Notes: generated by a model from the letters alone, not told the origin. Shown: positions 50,624 through 60,480, numbered from the stretch's first letter. The stretch: 64,000 bases of DNA from Candidatus Babelota bacterium (GCA_049325595.1 JBMOLF010000011.1:1-64000), one strand, 5' to 3'. A program made the numbers and translations.

Positions 50624-51205
50624 ATGAAATTAAAAAATTTATTTTTTTTTGGGGTAATTATTTCTTTAATCACCCCCGCCATAGATGCTGGTGAAACAAA
50701 ACCCCAGTCTAAATGGCTAAATATGAAGAACTTTTTTAAACACATTGTTGCTCCATCTATTCTTGGATCATACTTTTCAAGCATGTGTCACGAGCTTGGT
50801 CATGCAGCAATAGAGCAATTATTTTTCAAAGATGTGAATCTAATCGCGATTGGTAATGGACCAGGCATATATTACAATAGTCCACGTTTTACCGCTGGAA
50901 TTGGCTTAATACCTTGGGGTGGTTTAATGGGATATATTTCTTCTGAAATTCCGAACAAAAAATCAGATATATTAAAAAAAATAGCCATGGTTATTGCCGG
51001 ACCAATTAGTGGCATGGTTGGATTACAGTTGTTTTTTAAGTATTTAAAAAAATACCATTTTTCTGATTCTGAATATCCCTGTGCTGATTTTATGAACATT
51101 TTTATGACATTACACGAAGCAATCAATCTGCTTCCAATCAAAGATCAAAAAACAGATGGAGCAATAATAGCCCAGCTACTTTCAGCTTTGGTTAATAAAA
51201 AATAA
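50624..51205 (+). CDS. Small M50 metallopeptidase with signal peptide
   Basis: CHELGH, IGNGP, IAGP, NLLP...TDG. Confidence 0.82.
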   Translation: MKLKNLFFFGVIISLITPAIDAGETKPQSKWLNMKNFFKHIVAPSILGSYFSSMCHELGHAAIEQLFFKDVNLIAIGNGPGIYYNSPRFTAGIGLIPWGGLMGYISSEIPNKKSDILKKIAMVIAGPISGMVGLQLFFKYLKKYHFSDSEYPCADFMNIFMTLHEAINLLPIKDQKTDGAIIAQLLSALVNKK

Positions 51206-51230
51206 TAATTTATTTGAAGATAATTAAATC

Positions 51231-51299
51231 ATGCAACAAGATTATTTGTGCAAAGAATATGGGCTGATGAGCTACCAACACGGCAATCTTTTTAATTAG
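51231..51299 (+). pseudogene. Remnant of the 3' end of an M48 gene paralog
   Basis: LCKEYGLMSYQHGNLFN* versus MCKEYGLMGYQHGNLFS* at 49723-49776. Confidence 0.8.
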
Positions 51300-51374
51300 C
51301 CATTGCGCGAAAAATGACAAAAAAAACTATTATTATATATTTATTAAAAACAGGTCTTTAATATACGGTATTTC

Positions 51375-52259
51375 ATGTTTAGTTTTTTCAAAAATCAATT
51401 TCAAAAAATTTATCAACAATTTACCAGCAAAATAGCTGCCTTATTTACAAAACCTCTTGATGAGCAAACACTTAAAGAGCTTGAAATTCTTTTAATGGGT
51501 GCAGATACGGGCGTTAAAACTACTCGTACCATTATTGAACAGTTAAAAATTCAACAAGCACAAGGCAACCTCACCAAGGGATCTGACCTTCATAATGCGC
51601 TCAAACATGAATTGTTAGCGATTTTACAATCACTACCTGCACCAGAAGAAAGTTCTATTTATTTGTTGGTCGGCATTAATGGCAGTGGCAAAACAACAAC
51701 CGCTGCTAAACTTGCAAGTCAATTAAAAAATCAGGGTAAAAAGGTTTTATTGGTAGCAGCTGATACTTTCAGAGCTGCAGCAACTGAGCAACTTGCCACC
51801 TGGGCACAAAGAATTGGTGTTGATATTGTAACCGGAAAAGAAAACCAAGACCCTGCATCGGTAGTATTTGCGGGTGTTGATAAATATAAGCGTGAACAGT
51901 ATGATGCACTTATTATTGATACCGCCGGCCGCTTGCAAACTAAAGTAAATTTAATGCGTGAATTAGAAAAAATTAAGCGCGTCGTCACCACACAACTTCC
52001 TAATCAAATAATAACTACTCTCCTTACCATCGATGCTATGCTTGGCCAAAATTCGTACGAACAAGCAAAGCTTTTTAACGAATCAACCCAACTTACTGGT
52101 ATTGTGCTTACTAAAATGGATGGTACTGGCAAAGGTGGCATTGTATTTGGCATAGGTAAAGAACTTAATGTTCCAGTTATGTATGTTTCATTTGGTGAAC
52201 AAGTTGATCAATTAAAGAAATTTAATGCTCCAGAGTATGTTGAGCAGCTATTAGGATAA
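51375..52259 (+). CDS. ftsY: Signal recognition particle receptor FtsY
   Basis: GINGSGKTT, DTFRAAA, DTAGR, TKMDG..KGG. Confidence 0.96.
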   Translation: MFSFFKNQFQKIYQQFTSKIAALFTKPLDEQTLKELEILLMGADTGVKTTRTIIEQLKIQQAQGNLTKGSDLHNALKHELLAILQSLPAPEESSIYLLVGINGSGKTTTAAKLASQLKNQGKKVLLVAADTFRAAATEQLATWAQRIGVDIVTGKENQDPASVVFAGVDKYKREQYDALIIDTAGRLQTKVNLMRELEKIKRVVTTQLPNQIITTLLTIDAMLGQNSYEQAKLFNESTQLTGIVLTKMDGTGKGGIVFGIGKELNVPVMYVSFGEQVDQLKKFNAPEYVEQLLG

Positions 52260-52329
52260 CGAAAGAAGCAAAACGCTATCTTTTAGGGCTATCGCTTTGT
52301 ATACTTTTGTATAAAAAAGCGAACAAACT

Positions 52330-53211
52330 ATGATTATTGCCCATCTTATTAATACAATAAAAAAAGAACTCTCATCTGTTTATCATGATGAATTGTTATG
52401 CGAGTCATACGCCTGGTGGATGCTCGAGGCAATTACCAATAAAACAAAAACTGAGCTTCTTGTTTTGCACAATATTGTCTTAACAACTGAACAAGAAAAC
52501 AAACTTTCATCGTGGATTGAACAACAACAAAAAACCCATATTCCCTTAGCATATTTAATAGGTTCGGTACCTTTTAACGGGCTTATTATTGATGTAAAGC
52601 CACCAGTGCTTATTCCCCGGCCAGAAACTGAAGAATGGGTTTTAGCGCTTATTGAAAAATTAACAAAACTATCAAACCAAAAACTTAATATCTTAGACTT
52701 ATGCACCGGATCTGGGTGTATTGGTCTTGCAATAGCAAAAGCATTACCAAAATCGCAGGTTGTTGCTACTGATATTTCTGAGCAAGCATTGCATCTTGCA
52801 AAACATAATGCGCAGAAAAATCATATTCCCAATATTACTTTTGTAAAATCAGATCTATTTGAGCAACTCTCATCGACCTTCAAATTCGATTTAATTGTAG
52901 CCAATCCACCTTACGTAGCAGAAGACGAGTGGAAAGATCTTGATGCATCTGTTAAAAACTGGGAAGATCCTAAAGCCTTACTTGCTCCTGACCATGGATT
53001 TAGCATAATACGACAAATTATTCAGCAAAGTCCTGACTACCTTAAACCAAACCCAGAACTCTATTTTTTAGGCATACATCAATTGTATATTGAAATTGGT
53101 TACCAACAAGGACCAAGTGTTAAACAATTGTTTGAAAAATTTTCTTGGCGAACAAGCGTGATTTACAAAGACCTAGAGAAAAATGATCGTGTAGTAAGTG
53201 GGAGCCTATAA
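52330..53211 (+). CDS. prmC: Release factor glutamine methyltransferase
   Basis: LIPRPETE, DLCTGSG, NPPY. Confidence 0.95.
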   Translation: MIIAHLINTIKKELSSVYHDELLCESYAWWMLEAITNKTKTELLVLHNIVLTTEQENKLSSWIEQQQKTHIPLAYLIGSVPFNGLIIDVKPPVLIPRPETEEWVLALIEKLTKLSNQKLNILDLCTGSGCIGLAIAKALPKSQVVATDISEQALHLAKHNAQKNHIPNITFVKSDLFEQLSSTFKFDLIVANPPYVAEDEWKDLDASVKNWEDPKALLAPDHGFSIIRQIIQQSPDYLKPNPELYFLGIHQLYIEIGYQQGPSVKQLFEKFSWRTSVIYKDLEKNDRVVSGSL

Positions 53212-53216
53212 AAAGC

Positions 53217-53903
53217 ATGTTTTTCAAAAAAAAGGAACACACAGTTGTAATGAATCTTTCAGCACAAACACTTACTATTGGCTTATTAGAACCATCTACA
53301 ATACCGTGCAAACCAATTCAACTTATTGGCTACCAACATTTTATCCTTAATCAAATAATTACCGATCAGAAAATTAACCAGCTTGAAGAACTGCTATCGT
53401 ATATAAAAAAATTTATTCGCGAGCATGCGCTCAAAAAATATAGCTTTTGTATTGCCCTTCATCATTCTGTAATATCAGAAAAATTTCTTTCTCAGCCTAG
53501 TGAATTTGTATCATCTGATTTATTTTGCGAATCGGGGAAACAATATAATTGCACTTACCTAGGTTCTCAATCTGAAAGTTTTATTTTTTATCAATGCGCT
53601 CTTGCAATGCCTTTGCTTTTTCAACTGAATTTAATAGGAATCAAATTAAAAAAAGATATTCCACTCATTACTACAACAAATTATTGTCTTCTTTGGCTTA
53701 TTAAGCATATTAAAGGGCAAGCTTTTAGACATGCACAATTAACTTCCTATATTCAGCAAAATAATTTAACTATAGCTCAACACACTGTTAATGAGCTGGT
53801 TAATCGCTTTGTCCATAACCCTAAACTTATTGATATTAACAATCAAATGGCGTTTCTTTTACCTCTTATTGGACTTTATTGCATGAAAGAGGGAGTAGCA
53901 TGA
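53217..53903 (+). CDS. Hypothetical protein, possibly a degenerate PilM/GspL-like protein
   Basis: Cytoplasmic-looking; ends LIGL; coupled to a PilN-like gene. Confidence 0.5.
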   Translation: MFFKKKEHTVVMNLSAQTLTIGLLEPSTIPCKPIQLIGYQHFILNQIITDQKINQLEELLSYIKKFIREHALKKYSFCIALHHSVISEKFLSQPSEFVSSDLFCESGKQYNCTYLGSQSESFIFYQCALAMPLLFQLNLIGIKLKKDIPLITTTNYCLLWLIKHIKGQAFRHAQLTSYIQQNNLTIAQHTVNELVNRFVHNPKLIDINNQMAFLLPLIGLYCMKEGVA

Positions 53904-54355
53904 AAGAAATTAATTTTGCCTACCCAGCCTACACGCACAGCAAAAAAATACCTGCTTTGATAGCATTGTTAGCAATTGCAGCAATCATTATTTGCGGAAC
54001 TCTACACTTTATTGCCACACGAAAGCTAACAAGTATCAATAAGGAAATTACCAACCTTGAACTGAAGCTTGATGCCTTATGTAATACAAAAACACACAAA
54101 GCACATAAACAAAATTATGCCTATGCAAAAAAAATAGAAGAATTGTACTCAAAGTGCCTTAGCCACAAAATTCATATTGAAGATATTGAAATTAAAAAAA
54201 ACAAACTTGTTTGTTCAATTACCGCACCAGACACAAAAAATTTAAGAAATGCTTCAAAGTTATTTATGCAATTGAGGGGAATAAATAATTGCCAATTACA
54301 TACGCTTCGAAAAATGAACAGTTTGTATGTAGCGCAATATACCATAACATGGTAA
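53900..54355 (+). CDS. Bitopic membrane protein, PilN-like
   Basis: MKEINF start, TM, coiled coil, ferredoxin-like beta pattern. Confidence 0.5.
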   Translation: MKEINFAYPAYTHSKKIPALIALLAIAAIIICGTLHFIATRKLTSINKEITNLELKLDALCNTKTHKAHKQNYAYAKKIEELYSKCLSHKIHIEDIEIKKNKLVCSITAPDTKNLRNASKLFMQLRGINNCQLHTLRKMNSLYVAQYTITW

Positions 54356-54371
54356 GGGGGATGCCATTGAT

Positions 54372-55034
54372 ATGTATAGTTATTTTTTTTTAATCTTAAT
54401 AAGCAGTTTTTACATTTATGCAAATGACAAACCAACATTTCAAGAATTAACAGTGTATCAACGGACGGGCTTGCATTATAATTTTTCAAAATCTGAATTT
54501 TTTTTATCATTACTGGGCACGAATTATTTGTCAGAAAAACACCGACCCACAAGCAAAATTCATATAACGCTGTCACAAAAACAAATAAAAGTTCATCAAA
54601 ATTATATTCTTGATCAGGTAAAACAATTATTGAAAAAGACAGAACATGATCAGAACATAGCCGATTGTATGGCACTCGATAAAAAGAAAAATAGCGCAAT
54701 GCATTTAGCTCTAGCAAACAATATTCCTCCTAGTCGCGCCCTAATCAAAATACTTATACCGGCAACTAATTGGCTTGAAACTAATAATGATGGTTTTTAC
54801 GCGTTTGATTATTTTGATCCGCACTATAAGCATAAAGAATTTGTTGATCTGATTTTATATGATATTACTCGCACGCTGTGCTTTAAAAGAAAGATTAATT
54901 TTAAGCGATTTTATCAATGTCGGTCATCCCATGATATCTATAAAACAGTTAAAGAATTTTTTGATACTAAAGGCCAAACCAAATTAACTAATAAAAATCA
55001 TAAGGCTCCACAAAGAAAAACATTTAATTATTAA
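54372..55034 (+). CDS. Secreted protein with ankyrin-like repeat
   Basis: DKKKNSAMHLA; NNDGFYAFDY. Confidence 0.6.
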   Translation: MYSYFFLILISSFYIYANDKPTFQELTVYQRTGLHYNFSKSEFFLSLLGTNYLSEKHRPTSKIHITLSQKQIKVHQNYILDQVKQLLKKTEHDQNIADCMALDKKKNSAMHLALANNIPPSRALIKILIPATNWLETNNDGFYAFDYFDPHYKHKEFVDLILYDITRTLCFKRKINFKRFYQCRSSHDIYKTVKEFFDTKGQTKLTNKNHKAPQRKTFNY

Positions 55035-55144
55035 GATTATTACGTTATTACCCCCTTTATACCCTCTATACATTTTTTAAAAAAATAATATAATATTTGT
55101 AACTAATTTATGTATTTTTGTTTTTAAAATATTTCAGGTGAAAA

Positions 55145-55603
55145 ATGAATAAATTGTTATTATTTTTAACTTTTTTTGCAAATATGGCCTTTGCAATGGA
55201 GATTAATCTAAGCTCCAATGGGAAAAAAGTAAAATTAGATGGCGAAACAAAAAAAGTTATAAAGCTCGTTAACAAATTAAGCAAAGCTACCATTTTAGAT
55301 GTAGAAGTAAAAGATGAGAATGGCAAAGTGAAGGACTCAATCATGAAAAAAATTGATCCAAAAAGCAAAGATGCTATTTTTATCGCTCCAAATACTACCG
55401 CGCATATTCGCGGACAAACAGAGCATGGTCCAATTTCAATGGATTTTACTTCTGGCGAATTTAAGATTTGTAAAGAAGATATTAAAGCTTTAGCTAACAA
55501 GGATAATAAGGAAAAAGAAAAGAAGGCCAAAAAAAGATCTTCTACCCTTCCTAATTCACATAAGAAATCCGTAGCTTTTGCTGATTTAGCTAAAAAAAAA
55601 TAA
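55145..55603 (+). CDS. Secreted lysine-rich hypothetical protein
   Basis: AFA-ME signal. Confidence 0.65.
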   Translation: MNKLLLFLTFFANMAFAMEINLSSNGKKVKLDGETKKVIKLVNKLSKATILDVEVKDENGKVKDSIMKKIDPKSKDAIFIAPNTTAHIRGQTEHGPISMDFTSGEFKICKEDIKALANKDNKEKEKKAKKRSSTLPNSHKKSVAFADLAKKK

Positions 55604-55656
55604 GCTCATTTAAATAACTTTTATGCTATACTCATGCTACTTTTCAAGGAATTAGC

Positions 55657-56481
55657 ATGAGTATTTCTATTTTAAATATCAAGAAATTTCAACAAGAAAT
55701 TTGGGCATTTTATCAGAAAAATGGACGACTTTTTGATTGGCGTCATACTGAAGATCCCTATAAAGTTGTGGTATCTGAAATTATGCTGCAACAAACACAA
55801 ACTCATCGCGTTGCACAAAAATTCCCGGCATTTATTAATGCTTTTCCATCCTTTGAATCGTTGGCCAATGCCTCATTGCACGAAGTGCTTTTTTATTGGC
55901 AAGGTCTAGGCTACAATCGACGAGGCATGTATCTTCATCAAATAGCCAAAAAAGTTCTTTACGAATTTAATGGCATTTTGCCTAATGACCCGGATATATT
56001 AGTTACCTTCCCTGGTCTTGGCAAGGCTACGGCAGCATCCATATGCGCATTTGCTTTTAATACTCCCACTGTCTTTATAGAAACTAATATACGCGCTGTA
56101 TTTATTTATTTTTTCTTTGCCGATACAAAAGATAAAGTTCATGACAAAGATATCGAACCCTTAGTATCTCAAACAGTTGATAAAGATCATGCACGCGATT
56201 GGTATTATGCATTAATGGATTATGGTGTGCATTTAAAAAAAACCACCATTAACCCAAGCAGAAAAAGCAAACACCATTACACACAATCTAAATTTGAGGG
56301 CTCTAACCGTCAAATAAGGGGTTTGATATTAAAAAAACTTCTTGAATCTCCTTCCCCTATAAAGCAGCAAATACTCATTAAAGCGCTTGATAAAGAAGAA
56401 GAACGGGTCCAAAAAATCCTTGAAGAATTGTGCTTAGAAAAACTAATTATTAAACAGAACGATAGTTATTCTATAGCCTAG
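55657..56481 (+). CDS. mutY: A/G-specific adenine glycosylase, short Fe-S-free form
   Basis: WR, VSEIMLQQT, WQGLGYNRR, PGLG..TA, ALMDYG; no Cys cluster. Confidence 0.88.
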   Translation: MSISILNIKKFQQEIWAFYQKNGRLFDWRHTEDPYKVVVSEIMLQQTQTHRVAQKFPAFINAFPSFESLANASLHEVLFYWQGLGYNRRGMYLHQIAKKVLYEFNGILPNDPDILVTFPGLGKATAASICAFAFNTPTVFIETNIRAVFIYFFFADTKDKVHDKDIEPLVSQTVDKDHARDWYYALMDYGVHLKKTTINPSRKSKHHYTQSKFEGSNRQIRGLILKKLLESPSPIKQQILIKALDKEEERVQKILEELCLEKLIIKQNDSYSIA

Positions 56482-56484
56482 AAT

Positions 56485-56682
56485 TCATTTGCACACATGT
56501 TCTTTAAATATAGCTACGTGTTTTTCTAAATCTTTTTTTAGATCTTGCAGCATTTTTAAACAATGCTGTTCATTTTCATCATCAGCATCTTCAAGAGCAT
56601 GGTTTTCAATAAACCAATCAAGCGCGGTAAGTTTATAGAGGATTTTTAAGCAATTATATTCGCAATCAGTTAACTTTGGCAT
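56485..56682 (-). CDS. Small helical protein (half ferritin-like)
   Basis: GGAGG RBS; 65 aa, two helices. Confidence 0.6.
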   Translation of the reverse strand: MPKLTDCEYNCLKILYKLTALDWFIENHALEDADDENEQHCLKMLQDLKKDLEKHVAIFKEHVCK

Positions 56683-56823
56683 ACTGCCTCCTTTTTTTAA
56701 CTTTGTTAAAGAATTTTAATAAAAGGGTTTTGTTGAAAGCAATATTTATCTTGTTGAATTCAAATATTTCAATTTGAATTTACAAACTGCTAGACTGTTT
56801 TCAAATAATAATTAGGAAAGAGT

Positions 56824-57480
56824 ATGGCAAAAATAATTATAATAATACTAAGCACAGCCGTAATGGTGAGTAATACTACTCAAGCATATACCTATAGATG
56901 CTATCCTTATAGCGATTGCGTTTCTATGCCACGCTCTATTTGTGTCCAAGCCTATCAAGATTGTACAGGGGTACCCATTGCTCGTCAGGGTACAACCCTG
57001 TACATTACTCAAATTCAAAACCTTTCCAATCATAATTTGGTTATGAAATTGGAAGAATACCCACTTGCCGACCTTCCCATTGGAGCAGTAACTTATAACA
57101 ACATTCGCATTCCATTTTTAGTAAAAACGCCATATGATTTTCATACCCGATTAACTTTTTGGGATCCAGACACTAACCATGTGGTAGCATATTTAGTTTT
57201 TAATAAAAAATTACAACGATCTCCATTTGGCTATATCGGTGCTACTATAGCCTTAAATAACCATCTTAATCAAACACTTTATGAATGGACCCCTGACGAT
57301 CGTGCAGCCAACGAGCGTGCCCGACACGATATTTATGAGGTCAAAATAATACTCAAAGGTCGTTTAGGATTACGCGGCTCAACACTTGAAGTTCGCTCCT
57401 TTAATGCCGGAGGATCACCGGCTCCTGTGGCGCCATCAAATCGCCGAATCTTACTCAGCCAGCCCAATATTATGCGCTAA
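56824..57480 (+). CDS. Secreted hypothetical protein
   Basis: Signal (TQA-Y); four N-terminal Cys. Confidence 0.65.
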   Translation: MAKIIIIILSTAVMVSNTTQAYTYRCYPYSDCVSMPRSICVQAYQDCTGVPIARQGTTLYITQIQNLSNHNLVMKLEEYPLADLPIGAVTYNNIRIPFLVKTPYDFHTRLTFWDPDTNHVVAYLVFNKKLQRSPFGYIGATIALNNHLNQTLYEWTPDDRAANERARHDIYEVKIILKGRLGLRGSTLEVRSFNAGGSPAPVAPSNRRILLSQPNIMR

Positions 57481-57568
57481 TTATTCTCTTTTATTTGTTT
57501 ATTATTCAATTAGCTCCCCCCTATTAAACAAGCATTGAGAAAATTAGTTTCTATGTGAAATATATCAA

Positions 57569-57596
57569 TTGACATTTTTTTGCATTCCATCATAAT
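57569..57596 (+). promoter_or_regulatory. Sigma70-like promoter
   Basis: TTGACA-N16-CATAAT. Confidence 0.55.
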
Positions 57597-57667
57597 GAGA
57601 ATAAACACATTGCTAAGCACAGCTTAATCAATGGTATATAGATCAATAACGTGGAGGTTATAATTCT

Positions 57668-58186
57668 ATGAATTTTTCTCGTTTAACCCTGATTGCTGGG
57701 GTTTTTATATTGTTTGCTGGAAATATGCACGCAATGTATAAAAATACACAAAGCTTTGATAAAAAGTCGTTTTTATTGGGCAATCAAATAGTAAATTCAT
57801 GTATTCCTAAATATTCGACTGAATTTCCTGACGAACTCAAAACCAAAAAAATAAATCCACTTATTAAACCATCTTGGATAAAAAAACAAACTAAAGCTTT
57901 TAAAAGCCAAGCTATTATCACCGCAGGATTTACTGCAGGTATTTACGTTGGCTATACCTATTTAAAAGGGTACATGCCCGCAACAGCAAAGCATGTTACT
58001 AGTACTGTAAATGCTGGTGTAGAAAATCTTAAAAACTTTATTACCAAAGAAGTAAGCGAGCGCCTAGATACACTATCTAAAAAATTTGAAGATTTTAGAA
58101 AAGAGAATAAAGAAGCTCATAACAAAACTCATCAAGACCTTAATCAAATAAAAAAAGATCTTAATGAATTAAAACGAAAAATATAA
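57668..58186 (+). CDS. Secreted protein with TM and coiled coil
   Basis: MHA-MY; GxxxG helix; C-terminal heptads. Confidence 0.65.
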   Translation: MNFSRLTLIAGVFILFAGNMHAMYKNTQSFDKKSFLLGNQIVNSCIPKYSTEFPDELKTKKINPLIKPSWIKKQTKAFKSQAIITAGFTAGIYVGYTYLKGYMPATAKHVTSTVNAGVENLKNFITKEVSERLDTLSKKFEDFRKENKEAHNKTHQDLNQIKKDLNELKRKI

Positions 58187-58208
58187 GAGAATATTGGAGG
58201 TTATTATT

Positions 58209-59279
58209 ATGAAATTTTTAACAAAAATAGCTCCAGTTGCATTACTGAGCATATTGCTCTTCCCAACAGCATCACATAGTATGATGGGGCGCGCATTAGG
58301 TGGCTTAGCTGGCGGCGGCTTAGTAGTTGCCGGAGCCTACGGTGTAGAACGATATGGTGATCGCTTAGGATCTGTATTTGCTCGTGGCACGCAAACTGCT
58401 CAAGAGCAAATCGTCAATCAAACATCTCGAAACATTGAAGAACTTACTAACAAAGTGGCTGATGCTACTGGTAAAAGCAGCAATTTAGCAGAGACATTAT
58501 TACGCCAAGCAGATAGAACACTAGCGGTCGCTGAACGTATTGTTGATTCTAAATTGTTCCCTTACGTAGTAGTAGGAGGAGCTGGATATTTTGTTTATCG
58601 CAAAATTCAGAAAATATTATCTGGAAATAATGCTATTAAACAAGATACGGAAGTTATCGATAAAAAGGCTGATGCTATAAAACAAGACACTCAAGCTATC
58701 GATGAAAAAACTAATGTTATTTTACAAAAATTAAATGAACTTAAAGCTTGGATCTTTGGCGACGGCACTAAAACAAGAGCACAAATAGCAAAATCAGAAG
58801 AAAAAATTGTTGGCGTGATAACCAAACTCGAAGAAGAAATTTTATCAGGCATGGGAATTCTTGTTCAAGAAATAACTAAACTTGATATAGAAACACAAAA
58901 ACAATTAAAACTTATTTTGCATAATCTTGATAGACTTAACCTCTCTCAAGAAGAATTTAAAGCCATGCTTTTAAGTAAAGATGAAGATTTGCGTAAAATT
59001 ATCACCAATCTTGAAATAGCAAACAAGGAAATGTTTAAACAAATTCGTTCTGAAACAGCAGAACTCAATAAAAAAATGGACGCATTAAGCAAACAAAATA
59101 GCGCAATGGCTGGAGATATTTCAGAAATCAAACAAAACTTATCAGAGTTTATGGTGTATATGTGCATGAAAACACCTACAATAGCGCAGAACACACAGCC
59201 AACTTTTGCTGATAATTTAAAATTGTATTGGCAATCTAAATCAAACCCCGTGAATTTAGCTGGTACTGATATTAAATAA
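58209..59279 (+). CDS. Secreted glycine-zipper/coiled-coil protein
   Basis: SHS-MM; ALGGLAGGGLVVAGA; second TM; long coiled coil. Confidence 0.68.
   Translation: MKFLTKIAPVALLSILLFPTASHSMMGRALGGLAGGGLVVAGAYGVERYGDRLGSVFARGTQTAQEQIVNQTSRNIEELTNKVADATGKSSNLAETLLRQADRTLAVAERIVDSKLFPYVVVGGAGYFVYRKIQKILSGNNAIKQDTEVIDKKADAIKQDTQAIDEKTNVILQKLNELKAWIFGDGTKTRAQIAKSEEKIVGVITKLEEEILSGMGILVQEITKLDIETQKQLKLILHNLDRLNLSQEEFKAMLLSKDEDLRKIITNLEIANKEMFKQIRSETAELNKKMDALSKQNSAMAGDISEIKQNLSEFMVYMCMKTPTIAQNTQPTFADNLKLYWQSKSNPVNLAGTDIK
58629..58712 (+). repeat. Two imperfect 42-bp intragenic tandem repeats
   Basis: NAIKQDTEVIDKKA / DAIKQDTQAIDEKT. Confidence 0.75.
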
Positions 59280-59290
59280 TCTTTTTCTCG

Positions 59291-59316
59291 AGGCCCTCTA
59301 ATTGAGGGCCTTTTTT
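59291..59316 (+). terminator. Intrinsic terminator
   Basis: AGGCCCTC/GAGGGCCT plus T tract. Confidence 0.8.
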
Positions 59317-59371
59317 ATTTCTCAATTTTTTTGTTATCATGAAAACGTATTGTTAAGTTAAACTAATAAGA

Positions 59372-60166
59372 ATGCTCATGAAAAAATTAATCTTTTCGTT
59401 ATTAACCTCTTTATCTCTTTGCGCTATGGAACGAAATAATAGCTATTATGTACCTGCCGTTGCGCAAAAAGAACTCACTCACATCACAGAAGAACAATTG
59501 TCTGCCATACTTCCTGATGATCAACTTTCATCACAAGGAGTTATAACTTCGCTCGTGGTACGCCCACAAGAACATTATCGTACATTGGTAAATGAGCTAG
59601 TGATTACTCCTGAAGGGATTGAGGGAGACAAACATGTTAACTCAAAGCCTCATTATGCTCTTGATGTAGTAACTCTTATGCGTTCAGATGTTTCTGACGC
59701 TTTGGGTGGAGCTCATGTTCCTGGTGATAATATCCACGTAAAAGGTATGAAATTAAGTAAAAAGAACATAAAAGCAGGTGACTTAGTTATCGTCAAAAAT
59801 CAATCTACAATAAAGGCTGTATTACTTAAAACTCACATTCCGCATTATGCATGTTGGAAACTTACAGCAAGATGCGGTAAAACAGCATTTGATTTTCTTA
59901 ATGCTGAGGGAAATTTTCTAAATGGTTATGGATCTATCCACGGTCTTCGTGATAGGCTACGCGGTATACGTTTATCTGTTTTAAAATCTGATGAGCCAGT
60001 GCGCATTGGTGACTTGGTAGCAATAGCAACCAAAGAACAAAAAGATTTAATACTCGCAGATAGCCAAATACATGGTGAATATCAAAAATTACTTTCAATG
60101 AGTATTGAAGTTGGCAACACCCTGAAAAAACAAGAAAAAGCAAAGCGCGCTTTGCGTAATAAATAA
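59372..60166 (+). CDS. MOSC domain protein with signal peptide
   Basis: GIEGD, PGDNI, PHYACWKL..R.G, RGI. Confidence 0.72.
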   Translation: MLMKKLIFSLLTSLSLCAMERNNSYYVPAVAQKELTHITEEQLSAILPDDQLSSQGVITSLVVRPQEHYRTLVNELVITPEGIEGDKHVNSKPHYALDVVTLMRSDVSDALGGAHVPGDNIHVKGMKLSKKNIKAGDLVIVKNQSTIKAVLLKTHIPHYACWKLTARCGKTAFDFLNAEGNFLNGYGSIHGLRDRLRGIRLSVLKSDEPVRIGDLVAIATKEQKDLILADSQIHGEYQKLLSMSIEVGNTLKKQEKAKRALRNK

Positions 60167-60231
60167 CAACGCTTTCAGAATAGAACTACCACAATAAAAC
60201 GATCTAACACTCAAATCTTTTACCTGATACT

Positions 60232-60480
60232 ATGAAAACATATTTCTTCTTTTTTTTCTTATTTTCATCAAGCATTGCGTTTGCAATGGATACACCAATA
60301 GAATTTTTAGCTGATATTTCACGCTTTAATCAAGAAACCACTGACATTGAAGATGTTGATGCTGAGTTGGTTTCCAAATTAATACGAGATATCAAGAAAA
60401 AATGGGGCTACGAGAGCTTGGTTAAATCACCTGAGATGCAGCCAAAAAATTATTTAAAAGACATTAGTTTAGAAAAATGA
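60232..60480 (+). CDS. Small secreted protein
   Basis: AFA-MD signal. Confidence 0.6.
   Translation: MKTYFFFFFLFSSSIAFAMDTPIEFLADISRFNQETTDIEDVDAELVSKLIRDIKKKWGYESLVKSPEMQPKNYLKDISLEK

Noticed and set aside
54172..55530. Minus-strand ORFs 54172..54717 and 55108..55530
   Set aside because: They overlap better plus-strand genes that have signal peptides.
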